From Lama guanicoe (Eukaryota): 64,000 nt of DNA. The position numbers and the translations under genes were made by a program. Below the pieces are notes generated by a model. That model did not search any database. It saw nothing but the letters and a program-made list of their open reading frames with translations, and was not told the DNA's origin. Where the stretch lies: contig MU053559.1 in assembly GCA_013239625.1 (NCBI GenBank), positions 1,240,001-1,304,000 on the forward strand, given 5' to 3'. Shown here piece by piece: positions 25,641 to 37,850 of the stretch (positions within the stretch are counted from its first letter, which is position 1; each line of letters starts with the position of its first letter).

Positions 25641-28600
25641 CGCCTTTCTCCCCAGCCCAGCATAATGAGGGAGAGACTGCAACCCTGGGGGGGGGGAGGG
25701 GGGAAGGAGTGACAAGAATAATGTACTTGTTGGGGAGTCAGAGGAAGGATGTAACTTTAGGTCAGACCCTGCCACTCAACTGTTCTCATTTAACCCTTCT
25801 GGGCTCAGTTCCCCCACCTGTAAAAAAGCAGTGATAATACCACTTACCTAAGCCATGGAGCTGCTGAGGTGATGAGATTTAACCCAGACCAGAGAGCCTA
25901 GCACAGAGCAGGTAGGCAAGAGCAAGCAGCCATTCTCCTCTCCCTTAACCCCGGCAACAGGCGTGCAGGAGGGAAATGCAGCTCAGACAGCCACCAGCGT
26001 AGCATGATGGCAGGAGGTACCTTGTCGGGAACTCAGTCCCCGGAGGGGCTTAGGGAGGAGAGTTTTACAAAGTCCAACTCCCTCCTGCCACCCCAGGGTC
26101 TGGGAGGGGAAAACATTCAGGGCTCATAAAAGAGGTTACTGGGAGACAGAAAACACACACTTCCCAAGCCTTGTCTGCATGTGGAGCCCTGTAAGCAGGC
26201 CAAAAGTAGCAATGGCTGCATGTGTATCAGGAGTCCTCCCTGTGCCAAATGTCAAACTAGGCACTTTATGAGCTGTGCCTCACTTTGTCCTCAGGGCACC
26301 CCCGTGAGGTTTGGACTACTATCAGTAACATCCCCCAACTCACACTGGAAGAAAAAAAATCCGCTAGAGATGTTTTGGTGACTAGATGAAGGGACCCACA
26401 ACCAGAGTAGCCGAGCCGGAACCACACCAGAATCTGCTGACCCTGAGACCCAGGCTGCCTCCCGACGATATGGCATTTCATCCCCTCAATGGTCCCACCC
26501 CTGTAAGGCAGGGTTGATTGTCTTTGCCAGACAAACAGGAAAACCGAAGCTTACGAGGACTAGGTCCCAGAGATAGAACAATGCAGTCCTGCTGTGGAAG
26601 TGATGTCTTGAGGGCGGGGAGAGACGGCAGGATCCCCGATCATTCCCACTCACCCCCAATGCTCCTCTAAGCCTCTGTTCTCCTACACAGAGCCTTTTCT
26701 GACACCCAGTCACACCAAGTACCCTCCCTGTACCTAAGATTCCATCTTGGCACCTGTCACATTGTAGCACTAAACAAGATGACGAGGGCTCCCCACCATC
26801 TACTAAGAGCTTACTGCCTATCAGTCACAGGGTAAAGGGCTTTGTCTAATCCTAACAATGCCCACAAACCAGATAACCTTATACCCACATCACAAAAAAA
26901 GAAAACAAAGGCTCAGAGAACTCCAGTCACTTGCCCAGAGTCATGCAGCTGGTGCTGGATTGTTTGCCAAATGCCTCCTGAGGGAAGAGAGTCAGAACCC
27001 AGGGCCCAGCTCCCAAGGCTAAGAAATGAGGGAAGGGGACCCAGGAGGATGCCTAGGGCCAAGTCACCCAGCTGAACTGTGGGAATGCTAAAACCCAGCC
27101 TAGGTAGGGAGAGACTTGGTGAGTTAGCAGGAAGACCCAGGCAAATCCCATTTTTCCATTTACTGGCTTCCTGACGTGGGCTAGGGAATATTTCCTCTGA
27201 GCCCCATTTTTTTCCCCCAAAGCAGGAACAAATGGAACTATCCTCAAGGAGCTACTAGGGAGATTAAAAAAGTCAAGGTCTGTGGTCAGAACTCAGCAAT
27301 CTGAGGACATAAGCTCCTCCCTGGGCATCTGCAAAAGCCTCCATTACTGGAGTTATCTCCTTGCCTTGTCACCGGTTTGATTGTTTGGGACACACCATCT
27401 CCCCATTCCCTAAATCAGAGATGATCCAGGCCTAAGAGATCTTTGCTATCAGGACCTTTTTACTCTGGGTAGCTAGTGCTGCCAGCAAGGATTCTAAGCA
27501 AGTTTTGGTTGATGATCTGAGAGTGGATTTCAACTGCAGAGGTTTGGAACAGGCCAGTCTCAAGGCAAGCAGAAGGGGTCTGGGGAAGAAACCCCAGGAA
27601 GGAGCCAAAGATCCCCTATTCCCAGCATAAAATTGGTACCCTTTCCCCCTGAACATATGCTCAGGCCCCAGTTAGGATGCAAATACCAGCAACTGTTCAG
27701 CAAAGCTGAACTGAGGCTTAGAGAGTTTCAGAAATTGCCTGGTGATTTTGAAGCCTGGGCATTCTCTACCATCAAAAGCAGAGAAGGTTTGAGGTTAGAG
27801 TCCTGGGCAGATTCGAGAGGGGTAAGGCACAGGGTCAGCTTATCAGTATGGAGAAAAGCTAGGGCACAGGATGCTGGGGCCTGTCAAGCCTCCTGGAAGG
27901 GATTAACTGAGAAATCCCTGGGAATACAAAAGAGAGGAGTCAGGAGTTGTCTGAGCACATGGAGGCTCAGAGGGAGATGGCAAAGGGGATGTTAGAAGCA
28001 CTGGGGGGCAGGAGGGGCGGCGCCAGGCAAGGTTGTTAAGACCCAAACTTGGGTCCTTGGAAAAACAGCTTTTAGAAAAGGTGCAGAAAATTGCACTAGA
28101 GGCTGGAGGCTGCAGAGGAAATGGGTGGGGGATTCCGGGGCCAAAGGAGGCTGCAGGAAGATGCTGGGGTCTGGGGGCCGCCGGGCTGCTCTCCATAGGA
28201 TGCTGGGGCCCTGGGGGGGGGTGTTTCTGCTGGTGGCAGAGGGAAATCTTTGACCAAAAATAACAGGGACCTGCAGGAGAAGAGTTGTCTCTGACACTGA
28301 TGTCAGAGTCCCAGGAGGCTATGAGGGTGGATACTAAAGCTCAGGGTGGGGTTGGGGAGGGATTTCCAATGGAGCACAAAGGCCTTGTGTTGATCTGATT
28401 GGTACTTGCTAGGTCCTGCAGTCACTCAAGAGTGGAAAGGGGAGGCTGAGCCCAGACAATTCTGGCCCTAGAAAGTTCAGTAAGCAAATACTGGCTAGGT
28501 CCCCAAGTGGGGTTGGGTTTCTCTGACTAATTACGTGGGATCCCATGAAGGCTCTGAGAGTAGATGCTGAGAAGGGGGTTTTCTACTCTGATGGAGGACA

Positions 28601-29639
28601 ACTGAGCCTGCTGTGGGAAGGGACAAATGACAGTGATGTTGGGGTCCTACAAAGCTAAAAACAGAAGCTGAAAGCCTGACTGGAGATGCTGGGATCTTGA
28701 AAGGTTCTGAGGATAGATTTTAGGCTCAATGTGAGGTTTAAGGGATCTGTGAGAGAAGGTGGAACCCTGGTTGGCTTTTGAAGGCAGAGATTGATTAAAG
28801 GGGGGGATATGAAAGGCAAGTCTCTGATGGAGGGGGCCAGAAGCCAACGGGGTCTGCAATGGCAGAGGCTGGCAGGGAGATATCTGATGGAGGATTATAT
28901 GTTCAAACAGTTCGTCCCTGGTGTTTGGTCCCCTGGGAGGCTCTGTCCGAAATACCAGGGGTTAGGGGGTCTGACGGGGGGATGCTGAGCCCTGCAAGGG
29001 GTTGTCTCTGAAGAGAATACTGGGACCACAGAAAAGGAGGCATTCCCTTAAAGTAGATGAAGTCCCTGAGAGCAGATTCTAGGAATTAAAGGAGTCTCTA
29101 AAGGTGAATGCGGAGGGGTGTCTCTGAATTAAAACGCTGGCCTGGAGGGGTGTAGGATGGAAGATGCTAGGGCCGGGGTGGGGTTGGGAGACCCCTGAGA
29201 TGTGAAGGAGGGGTCTCCGACATGGAGGCCAGGCCCAAATGGCCTTTCACAGGGTCTAGACCTCTTGGAAGCTCTGAGAGTAGATCGAGTGTGTGTCGCG
29301 GGGGAGGGTGATTCTGAAGGAAGATGCTAGAGAAGACTCTATTTCAGATGAATGAAATCAAATGGACCCTCCCTAAGGTCTGATCCCTCCTGGAAGCTGC
29401 GAGGGCAAGTACTGAGACTAGGTTGTCTGAAGAGATCCTGGGGAAGATCTTTAACGACATGCGCTGGTAGGAGGCTTTGCACAGGAATGCCGACCCGGTA
29501 AGTCTCTACTGCTGACTGAGGGGAGTTCCGACCCGCGATGCAAGGTTCGAGACCGGGCCAGGTCCCTGACTAGGAATGCTAGCCTGAAGCTCTAAAAACA
29601 GATCCTGGGGGTCTGACCCCAAGGTCAGATTCCGGAGCT

Positions 29640-30120
29640 CGAAGTGATTGGGCTGGTCCCGGATGGGAACTGGCCCCGCCCCAAGAACTGCCCCCTGCTT
29701 CTTCCCTCCGAACCCTAGCGCACCAGTCATCACTGCCCGCCCCGACATCAGCCTGGCCCAGCGCCGGCCCAGATCCGGCACTACTTCCCGAAACCTCTGC
29801 CCCGGCCAAGGCGCCGAGAAAGGACGTTTGTTACCAATGCCGGTTCCCCGGGTCGCGCCGCCGCCAACTCCTCTAGGAGCCGAAGCCAAGCCCGGCCGCC
29901 GCCACCCTCCTCCTTCTCCTCCTCCTCCTCCCCGCCGCCTGGGCCGCCTAGAATCACCGCCGCTGTCTTCTCCTTTCCCGGCTGTAGTGATCCTGCTCGT
30001 CCCTGCCACCTCCTTCACCTCCGCCGCCGACACAAGATGGCGACTACGGAGCCTGGGGCCGGAACAAAACCTTGGGCCCCACCCCCAGAAACCCGGATGC
30101 AGGCTGGCCGCGCCCATTCA
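29640..30120 (-). promoter_or_regulatory. UBA1 proximal CpG-island promoter with YY1 and ETS motifs
   Basis: CAAGATGGCG (YY1, GCCATCTTG on the - strand) at 30033-30042, CCGGAA at ~30059, CCGGATG at ~30093, and high CpG density. Confidence 0.8.
29835..30050 (-). other. UBA1: UBA1 proximal non-coding first exon (5'UTR) in a CpG island
   Basis: Ends ...GAACCGGCATTG|GTAACA and contains no ATG. The 5' end is approximate. Confidence 0.8.
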
Positions 30121-30803
30121 TGAATCATATATGAGAGTCCCACACTGTCTGTGATTCATTCGAAGAGGAATAGCTCCATCTGGTGGCTGGCTACTGTGGC
30201 CGTGACTAGGAAAACAGGTAAAACTACATAGAGGCCATGCCCATGGGAATATGAATAAAGAATACTTTGTTACAGCCAGGCTACTATGGGAACCAAGAAA
30301 GGACTGCAAGGCCACACTTCCTAATCGTGAATTATGCATGAGGCCGGGTGGCTGGTCGACTAACACACTGCATCCAGAAAGCCAATGTTGAAACATGGAA
30401 GCCACGCCCCATGCTCATGAATAATGAATGATTTTGCTGCAGCCAGGAAGTCAAGCGGACCAAGGCTACATCTTCTCATGAATAATGCATGAGGCCCGGT
30501 GGGCAAGAACAAAAGAGACAGGTCTGCCTATGGCTGCATCTAATACCCTGTAAGCAGGGAAATAGGGCTAACACAGGTAAAACACACTACCCCCCCCTCG
30601 CTCATGAATAATGAATGGTGATGCTGCAGTGGCTAAACCTGGAGACTCAGCGAGGTCAAGAAAGGTCCCATTCAGTTACTCGTGAATTATGCATGAGGCT
30701 GGATGGACAGAAATACTCAAGACAGCACTGCCCAGCAAGTAGGGATTATTGGTACTCCAGACAAGGCAACATGGTCATGCCTTCCTGTTCATGCATAATG
30801 AAA
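30120..30803. promoter_or_regulatory. Cluster of 8 palindromic POU-dimer (MORE+1-like) motifs
   Basis: RTGMATWATGMAT-like words at 30120, 30251, 30327, 30417, 30478, 30604, 30682 and 30791. Confidence 0.7.
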
Positions 30804-31119
30804 GATGCTGCAGAGCCACAGGGGAAACCCAGGGGAAGTGTAAATGCCTCCTCCCCACCCTTGACTAACTGCACATGAACTAGGGCTGCCTTGGTCCCGC
30901 CAGATCCAGATTTACTACATGTCTCTGGCAGGTGCCTCAGTTTCTACAACTGTAAAATGGAGATAGTAATAGAACCCACCTACCTTATAAAGGCAAAATA
31001 TGTTACTATGAAAACCAGAGAAGATGAACTATGGAATGAGCTCAGAGCAGTGTTGGCACAGGGAACTGTTAAGGTTTTTGAGCATTATATAGTAATATAA
31101 AGGTAATATGTAAATACAT

Positions 31120-31200
31120 TTTATATTAATATAAAACATTATATTAATATAAAACGTTATATATATAATATAAAACATTATATTTATATTAATATAAAAC
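31120..31200. repeat. AT-rich ~20-bp minisatellite
   Basis: TTATATTAATATAAAACA-like unit, about 4 copies. Confidence 0.8.
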
Positions 31201-31589
31201 TCAGCTACTAGAGGAACCTCCATTTTGGGGCATTATTTTAAAAAAATAATGCTTTGAAACACCATTCCAGAATTACACTGGAAAACAGAATGCTAAGGTA
31301 AGGTCACCCATATCCATTAAATAGGTAGGATAGACTACCAGGTCATCAGAGATACAATTGTATCTCAAAGCCCCAGGCACACAATAAGCACCCAATACAT
31401 TTCTGTTGAATAATAATAATAAATCACATCACTGATCACCCGCTATGCAGGGTTTCCTCTCCATGCATTGTGCCACTGGTCTCAGGAACGCAGAGCAGGA
31501 AATCAGTTTCCTCTCGTCCTTCAGGTCTCAGCTCAAAGGTGACCTTCTTAGAAGGTTTTTAACCCCTCACAAAAATCATTTCCACCCAC

Positions 31590-32000
31590 TGATGACTAGC
31601 TGTGTGACTTGGGGCCAGACACTTCACTTCTCGGTGCCACTTTCCCAACCCCTAAAATGAAAACAATGGTAACTTACCTTGTGATGGAGTTTAAATGAAG
31701 AAATATGCTGAAATGGCTCAGAACAGTGCCTGGCACATAGTGCTATAGGACTAACAGTGGTAGTACCATTAAGTAGGGTGTGTGAGGGCAGAACAATGTA
31801 GTATTTGATTAAAACTTCAGACCCTGAACTAGACTGACTGGGTCTGAATCCTAGGTCAGCCAGTCACTGACTGTGAGTAACCTTAGGCAAATTACCTACC
31901 CTCCTGGTGTCCCAGTTTCCTCATCTATAAAATGGGATGATAATAACCTACCTCCTGGGATTGTTGTGGGGATTAAATGGGCTAATAAAGTGCTAAATGA
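31590..32000 (+). mobile_element. Two adjacent MIR SINEs
   Basis: CTAGCTGTGTGACTTGGGGC...; CAGTTTCCTCATCTATAAAATGGGATGATAATA core. Confidence 0.7.
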
Positions 32001-32148
32001 GTGTAAACTAATCTGATCATCATTATGCTCATACCCATTTTTTTCAGCCTCACAGAAAGATTTGCCAAAGATCACACAGCTGGCAAGGATCGATGCGATT
32101 TGAAGTTAGACCCTTTGTCGATAATCTGGGATTACTGAGCCATAAAGA

Positions 32149-32490
32149 ATGAACAATGAGCGAGGCCTCATCCCTTCGCTACATATAAGACTTAAATCCT
32201 GAAACCTATCAGGGGAAGCTAACAGCAGATCCTGCAGGTGAAGCTGTAAAAGCTACGCCCCTCATGAATTACGCACAATACTCCTAGAAAAGCCATGGAA
32301 ACATCGGGGCGGACTACTCACCTTGATGCTTAATCAGTGAGATCTAATTTGCTCGGCAGACTGACGCCCCTTCAGCACGCTGATCCGCCCCCCTCGTGAA
32401 TAATTCACAACCTGATACTTTCAACGGACCAGGTGCAAAAGAGGCAAAAATGGGCTTCCTCAACAGCACACCTCCTCATGAATAACGAAT
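32149..32490. promoter_or_regulatory. Second cluster of MORE+1-like motifs
   Basis: ATGAATTACGCAC at 32264, GTGAATAATTCAC at 32396 and ATGAATAACGAAT at 32478. Weaker copies at 32149 and 32326. Confidence 0.6.
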
Positions 32491-33150
32491 AAAGCCACGG
32501 ACAACGAAGGCCCGGTGGCACCCAGTCCCTTCGGGGAAAAGCCCAGCACAGTAGGCTCCGGTGTCCCTTCCCCAGCCTGGGCCGGGGGCTCCTCTTCCTA
32601 AAACTGTGGGGGCCCCACCGTGTCCAGTCCCTCTGCCTCTAATACCCAAGTGTGGTGAGACATCATAATAGAGCCAGAGGTCACAAAGGCCATAGGTACC
32701 TCCCCATGCCACGTCGGTCTCAAATGCTCCTCTTGTCACCGGGACCTTTCCTGAAACAAGCGCTCCCAAAATTCCGCCTTGAGTTCAGAAACCTCAAACT
32801 TTGCCTCTACCCTTGGGAAGTACACCAAACCCTGCCCCATGGACAGAGTACTCATACACGGACCCTAGGAGTCTTCCCAAACATCCCCCTGAACCCTGTC
32901 TCCAAGAGGTATAAACCCTGCCTCGGAGGGGTATCTAAACCCTGCCTCCGAGGGACGCTCTTCAAACAGACCCCCAAATCCCACTCCGGAGTCCCTAAAC
33001 GCCACTTACTAAGGGTCCCCTCAAAAACTGCCATCTCTAAGTGCCACCCGGGGCCCGGAGCCTCCAAATATGCCCACTCGGGGATCCCCGAAATTGAACT
33101 CCCTCTCTCAAATGCTGTCCAGAGGTTGGGGGTACCGCGCTCCAGCTCAC

Positions 33151-33330
33151 CCCCTGCGCCGGGCGGAAGCCTCGCCTTCCTGCTGGAGATGAGCCGAAGC
33201 CACGGGGCAGCGGAAGAGCAAACCACCTTCGTCGTGCAAGAAGAGCCAGAGTTTGCGCGGAGCTCGGAAGCGCGGGGCCTTGGAGGGCCCCTGGTTTGGG
33301 ACGCACCATAGGTGCATAGCTAGAGGGGCG
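33151..33330 (-). other. UBA1: UBA1 distal alternative non-coding first exon in a second CpG island (~33000-33570)
   Basis: Ends ...CTTCCGCCCGGCGCAGGGG|GTGAGC. CpG-rich and about 3 kb upstream of the proximal exon, matching the two-promoter organisation of human UBA1 as I recall it. Confidence 0.7.
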
Positions 33331-34073
33331 CCCGCCCCTTCTCCCGCGCCGCCGGCGCCAGTGTCAGACCCACACACCCCTGCGCGTTGTGGTACTTCCC
33401 TAGCGCGCGAGGCATGCTGGGGGTGGTAGTCCGGGTCAGCCAGTGCCTGGTGCACGTGGTGGGCATCAGCGCCCAGGGTAAGGGGAAATGAAAACCTGGG
33501 CTGTGGAACTCTAGGAGCCGTGCTGGGAGCTGAGTGGGCGGCGAGGGCAGTAGGAAAAGGGAGCGGAACATGAGGGTACCTCCAGATGGAAAGGCACACC
33601 CATCCTACAGATGGGAAAGCTGAGGTTCAGGTGGCCAAAGGAGTTCATTCATTTGACATTTATGGAGTTCAAGCTGTGGGCCAGGTGCTAGGGATTCTTC
33701 CTTGTCCTCGCGGAGCTGACACGCTAGCCAGACAGACAGACCATAAATGTAACAAATAAGTTAAAATTGTTAGATACATGTGAATATAATATAAATTATG
33801 TATAAAAATGTACATATAAATACAACATGATAGCTAGTGTCAGTATGTTAATAATTTCCGTCTGTATATCATGTTTTAAATACAGTGTATGTAGTCTACT
33901 CATACGTGAATATACAATTAAATATACATTGTATATATGTGATAACTGCTAAATGCTATGGAGAAAAATAGAACAAGGTAAGGGGAAATCTGTGGGTTCA
34001 GGTTGCATTTTTAGATAATGTGGTCAAGGAAGGCTTCACTTAGAAGGTGATGTCCAAGCAAAGATGTTTAACA

Positions 34074-34135
34074 TTAAATGCCTTTAATCTTATCCCAAAT
34101 TCTGTTAAATGCCTTTAATCTTATCCCAAATTCTG
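34074..34135. repeat. Exact 31-bp tandem duplication
   Basis: TTAAATGCCTTTAATCTTATCCCAAATTCTG x2. Confidence 0.9.
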
Positions 34136-34159
34136 TATCTCATCTCCCGCCCTCAAAAC

Positions 34160-35200
34160 CTCCAAATTGGTTCACTAGGAAAATATTTATTGAGTGCCTA
34201 CTGAGTGCCGGGCACTGGGAATGTGGCAAAGAAGGTAGCAAGGAGAATACTGCTTTTGCAATAGTCAAGAACACACTTCCATCAGATCTTTGCTTTCTTA
34301 TTTATCGTTTGCCTGATAGCTTGCCTGATACCCCATGTAAAGTACGTCAGGGAATGCCTCTCTGAGGAGGTGGTATGTGAAGAGCAAGGAGGCAAGCCAC
34401 GTGTAACAAAAAAATCGTCGGACAGAGGGCACATCAGGTGCAAAGCCTTGAGGTTGGAAGTTCTTGGCATGTTTGGGAAGAGCACAGATGTCTGTGTAGT
34501 TGGACAGGAGTGGAGAAGGGAGCACTGGGAAATGAGATATGAGCCCAGGTCTAGCAGGGCATTGTAAGCCAGGTTGAGATGTTTGTGTTTTCATTCTAAG
34601 ATCCGGGAGGGGCCATAAGAGGATTTTAAGTAGGGGGATCACATTACATAAGTTATATTTTAGAATAAGCAATCTGGCTGCTTTGTGCCGAAAGAACAAA
34701 CTGTAGGGGGGAAAGTGGAAGCAGAAAAACCAGTGGAAAGGCCACTGTAGGTGTCCAGGAAGTGATGAGAGAGCATCAAAGGTAGTAAAAGAGGAAGTGG
34801 TGAGGGGGGATTCCCTTTTGGATTGATTTTGAATATAAAGACACCAGGATTGGCCGAGAAATCGGATATGGGACATGAAAAATAGAGAGGAGTCCTGGCT
34901 GACCCACAGGTTTTTAGCCTGAGCTGCTGGCAGGATATAATTGTCATTAATTGATATGAGAAATATTCCATCAGGAGCAGGTGTGGGGCAGAATCAGGAG
35001 TTTGTTTGATGTGTTACATTTTCGATGCCTGTTAGACATCCAAAGTCTGGTATGTGTCAGTTGAGTGAAGAGTTTGGGGACCAAGTCTGAGATTCAGGGG
35101 ATGGAGGGAGGGCTGGGCTGGAGTTAGGGATTTGGGGACCATCAGAGGTGACAATTGAAGCCATAGGTGTGGCCAGTTTCTCCTCTGAAGAACTGATTCC
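34160..35200 (-). mobile_element. L2 fragment
   Basis: AAATATTTATTGAGTGCCTACT..GTGCCGGGCACTG L2 3' end, followed by typical purine-rich L2 body. Confidence 0.65.
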
Positions 35201-35939
35201 CTTCAAATGGATCAATAGGAGTAATTGAGGCCAGATTTGGACTTTCCCAAGTGGGACGGAAGGGCATTTCAGCTGGAGGAAACAGCTAGAGCAAAAGCCT
35301 GAGGCAAGTAAGAAAGCAGGGAGAGAGAAAGGAGGTGGGAGGAGAGTTTTATCATTTCACTTTGCTCCCAGCCACGTGTGAGAGTGCCTGCTGGTTCACA
35401 GCCTCACTGAGCAGATTGTCAAGCCTTTGGATGTCTGCCAATCTGGTGTAATTATAATCGTCATTTCTCTTATTAGGAGTGAGCTTAGGCATCTTTTCAT
35501 AGATTTAAAGGTATTTGCAGCTCTTGTTTTCTCGGAATTTGCTTTTTGCACCCTTTATCCATTTTCGATTGGGTTGTTGTACTTCTTGTGGATTGTTAGG
35601 AACTCTTTGTATATTAGCCTTTAAAAAAATGGGGTCTTGAGGATGAGAGTGATTTGAACAATTGTGGTGTGTGTATTTATTCATGCTTCCAAGGTCTGGT
35701 ATGTGCCAAACCCTGTTCGAGGCATTGGGGTGAGCAAGGCAGACAAAAGTTCCTTCCTTCGTGAAGCTTTCATTCTAGTGAAGGAGATAAAAGATAAAGA
35801 TAAGTAAGAAAATTTAGTGTATGTTAGAAATTGAGAAATGTTATGGAGAAAAATAATGCAAGGAAAAGAGCATAGGAAATATGGCAGGGCAGCATTTGGA
35901 ACTTTAAATTGGGTAGTCAGGAAGTGACATTTGAACATT

Positions 35940-37850
35940 CAAATGGCATGTCACCTTCAGTCTGGAACCCTTCTTCAGTCTTCCCTTGACCTTCATGACC
36001 TTTTACACTTTTGCAGATTACAAGCCAGGAATTTTGTAGACTGTCCCTCCGTTTGGCTTTGACATTTCCTCATGGTGAGATTCAGGTTCTGCATATTGTC
36101 TAGGAATATCACAGAAGGGGTGCTGTCTCCTCATTTCATTCTATCCTATGGCTCAGAATTTTAATACTGATGATGTTCACTTTGTTCCCTGAATCAAGGT
36201 GGTGTCTGCCAGGTTTCTCTACTGTAAAGATACTGCTTTCCCCTTTGGAATCAACTAACATGTATTTTGTGGAGAGATACTTTTAATCTCTGTAAATATC
36301 CCTTTCTTCATCAATGGGATATTTACAGAGATTAAAAGTATCTCTCCACAACCCAGAGATTTCATAACATTAACAGAACATCATCATTGTTCTGTGGTTA
36401 TTAGTTGACATTCTTCTGTAAAGGAGCTATTTCTCTTCTCCTCCATGTAGTTATTCTTTTATCCATTAATTTAAGTATGGATTTGTGGATTCTTGAACCT
36501 TATCAAATGCTTTTTCTGTGGTTAAGATTATATGTTTGTTTACTTTTGGTCTGTTAATGTAGAGCACTAGATATATAGCTTCTCTGATGTTGACCCAATT
36601 TTGCATTCCTGGAATAAACCTCTATTGGATCAAAACATATTTGCAAAATATACTGTTGGATTCACTTAGCTAAGATTTTATTTAAGATTTTTACATCTAC
36701 AGGTGTAAGTGGCTTGAAATTTTCTCATCTCTTTCATGGATCAAAATTACACTAGTCTCAGAAAATAGACATCTTTTGTTCTTTTTCTAAAATCTAGAAC
36801 AACTTTTATAAGATAGCAATTAGCTGTTCCTTGGGCGTTCGGTAGATCACACCTATAAAAACCATCTGGGTTTCTTTTTTGGTGGGGAGAGGGAAGCTTT
36901 TTGATTACCACCATCTTCTTGATTAATTTTTGCTCTATTCAAGTACTGTTTCTTCATGGAACAGTCTTGACATTTTATCTTCTTCTAGGAATGCACTCAT
37001 TTCATCTATATTTTCAGAAACACTTTCATTATTTTTAAAATCTCTGTTGCATCTGAGGTAGATTATTTTTCATTTTGTATTTGGTTTGTTTGCATCTTTT
37101 ATCTTCTTTAACTGACCAGTCTTGCCAGAGAGGTCTGCCTGTCCTCTTCATTTTTGTTAATGATTCTGCTTTTGGTTTTATTAATCTGTTGTTTTCCCTA
37201 TTTAATCTATTTCTGCTCTTCTATTATTTCCTTTCTTTTCATTGAGGTTTGCTCTGGTGGTCTTTTCCCAACTTCTCGTATAATTCATACGATAAAATGT
37301 TCAGATTTTAATTATGCTGCTTGTTGAATGTTTACCTAATTAATACACCCATGTGACCAGCACCCCAGTCAAGATACAGAAGCTTTTTCTTAGTCCAGAA
37401 AGCTACCCTGCAACCCCTTCCAGTAACATCCTCCCCACCACCACTCTGCTCTATTACCACAAATATGTTGTTTGAGAACTTCAGATAAATGGAATCATGC
37501 AGTAGGTACTCCTTTTGGGTCTGACCTTTTTCGCTCAGTATGTTTGTGAGATTTATTTGTGTTATGTTTGTATCAGTATTTTGTTTCTTTTTATTGCCAA
37601 GTTGTATTCTGTTGTACGACTATACCATACTTTATCCATTCTCCTCTTGGACGTTTGAGTTGTCCCTAGTTTTTGGCTATTCTGAATACAGCTGCTATGA
37701 ATGTATATAGAAGTCCTTTGGTTGACATGTTTATTCGGGGTAAATATCCAAGAATGGAATTGTTTGGTCATAGGGGAAGTGTATGTTCACCTTCGTATGA
37801 AACGAAGTGGCTGTACCATTGACTGCTGCCAGCCATGTATGAGGGTTCTT
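35940..37850 (-). mobile_element. Old L1 (L1M) fragments in the RBM10-UBA1 intergenic region
   Basis: T-rich + strand, PYDQTIPFLDIYP ORF2-like peptide, and TTGCATTCCTGGAATAAACC signature. Confidence 0.7.
36267..36351. repeat. Perfect inverted repeat, 36-bp arms with 13-nt loop
   Basis: TTGTGGAGAGATACTTTTAATCTCTGTAAATATCCC (36267-36302) is the exact reverse complement of 36316-36351. Confidence 0.95.

Noticed and set aside
32652-33311. 219-aa + strand ORF antisense to the distal UBA1 promoter
   Set aside because: GTG start, GC-rich repeat-derived sequence, no recognisable domain.
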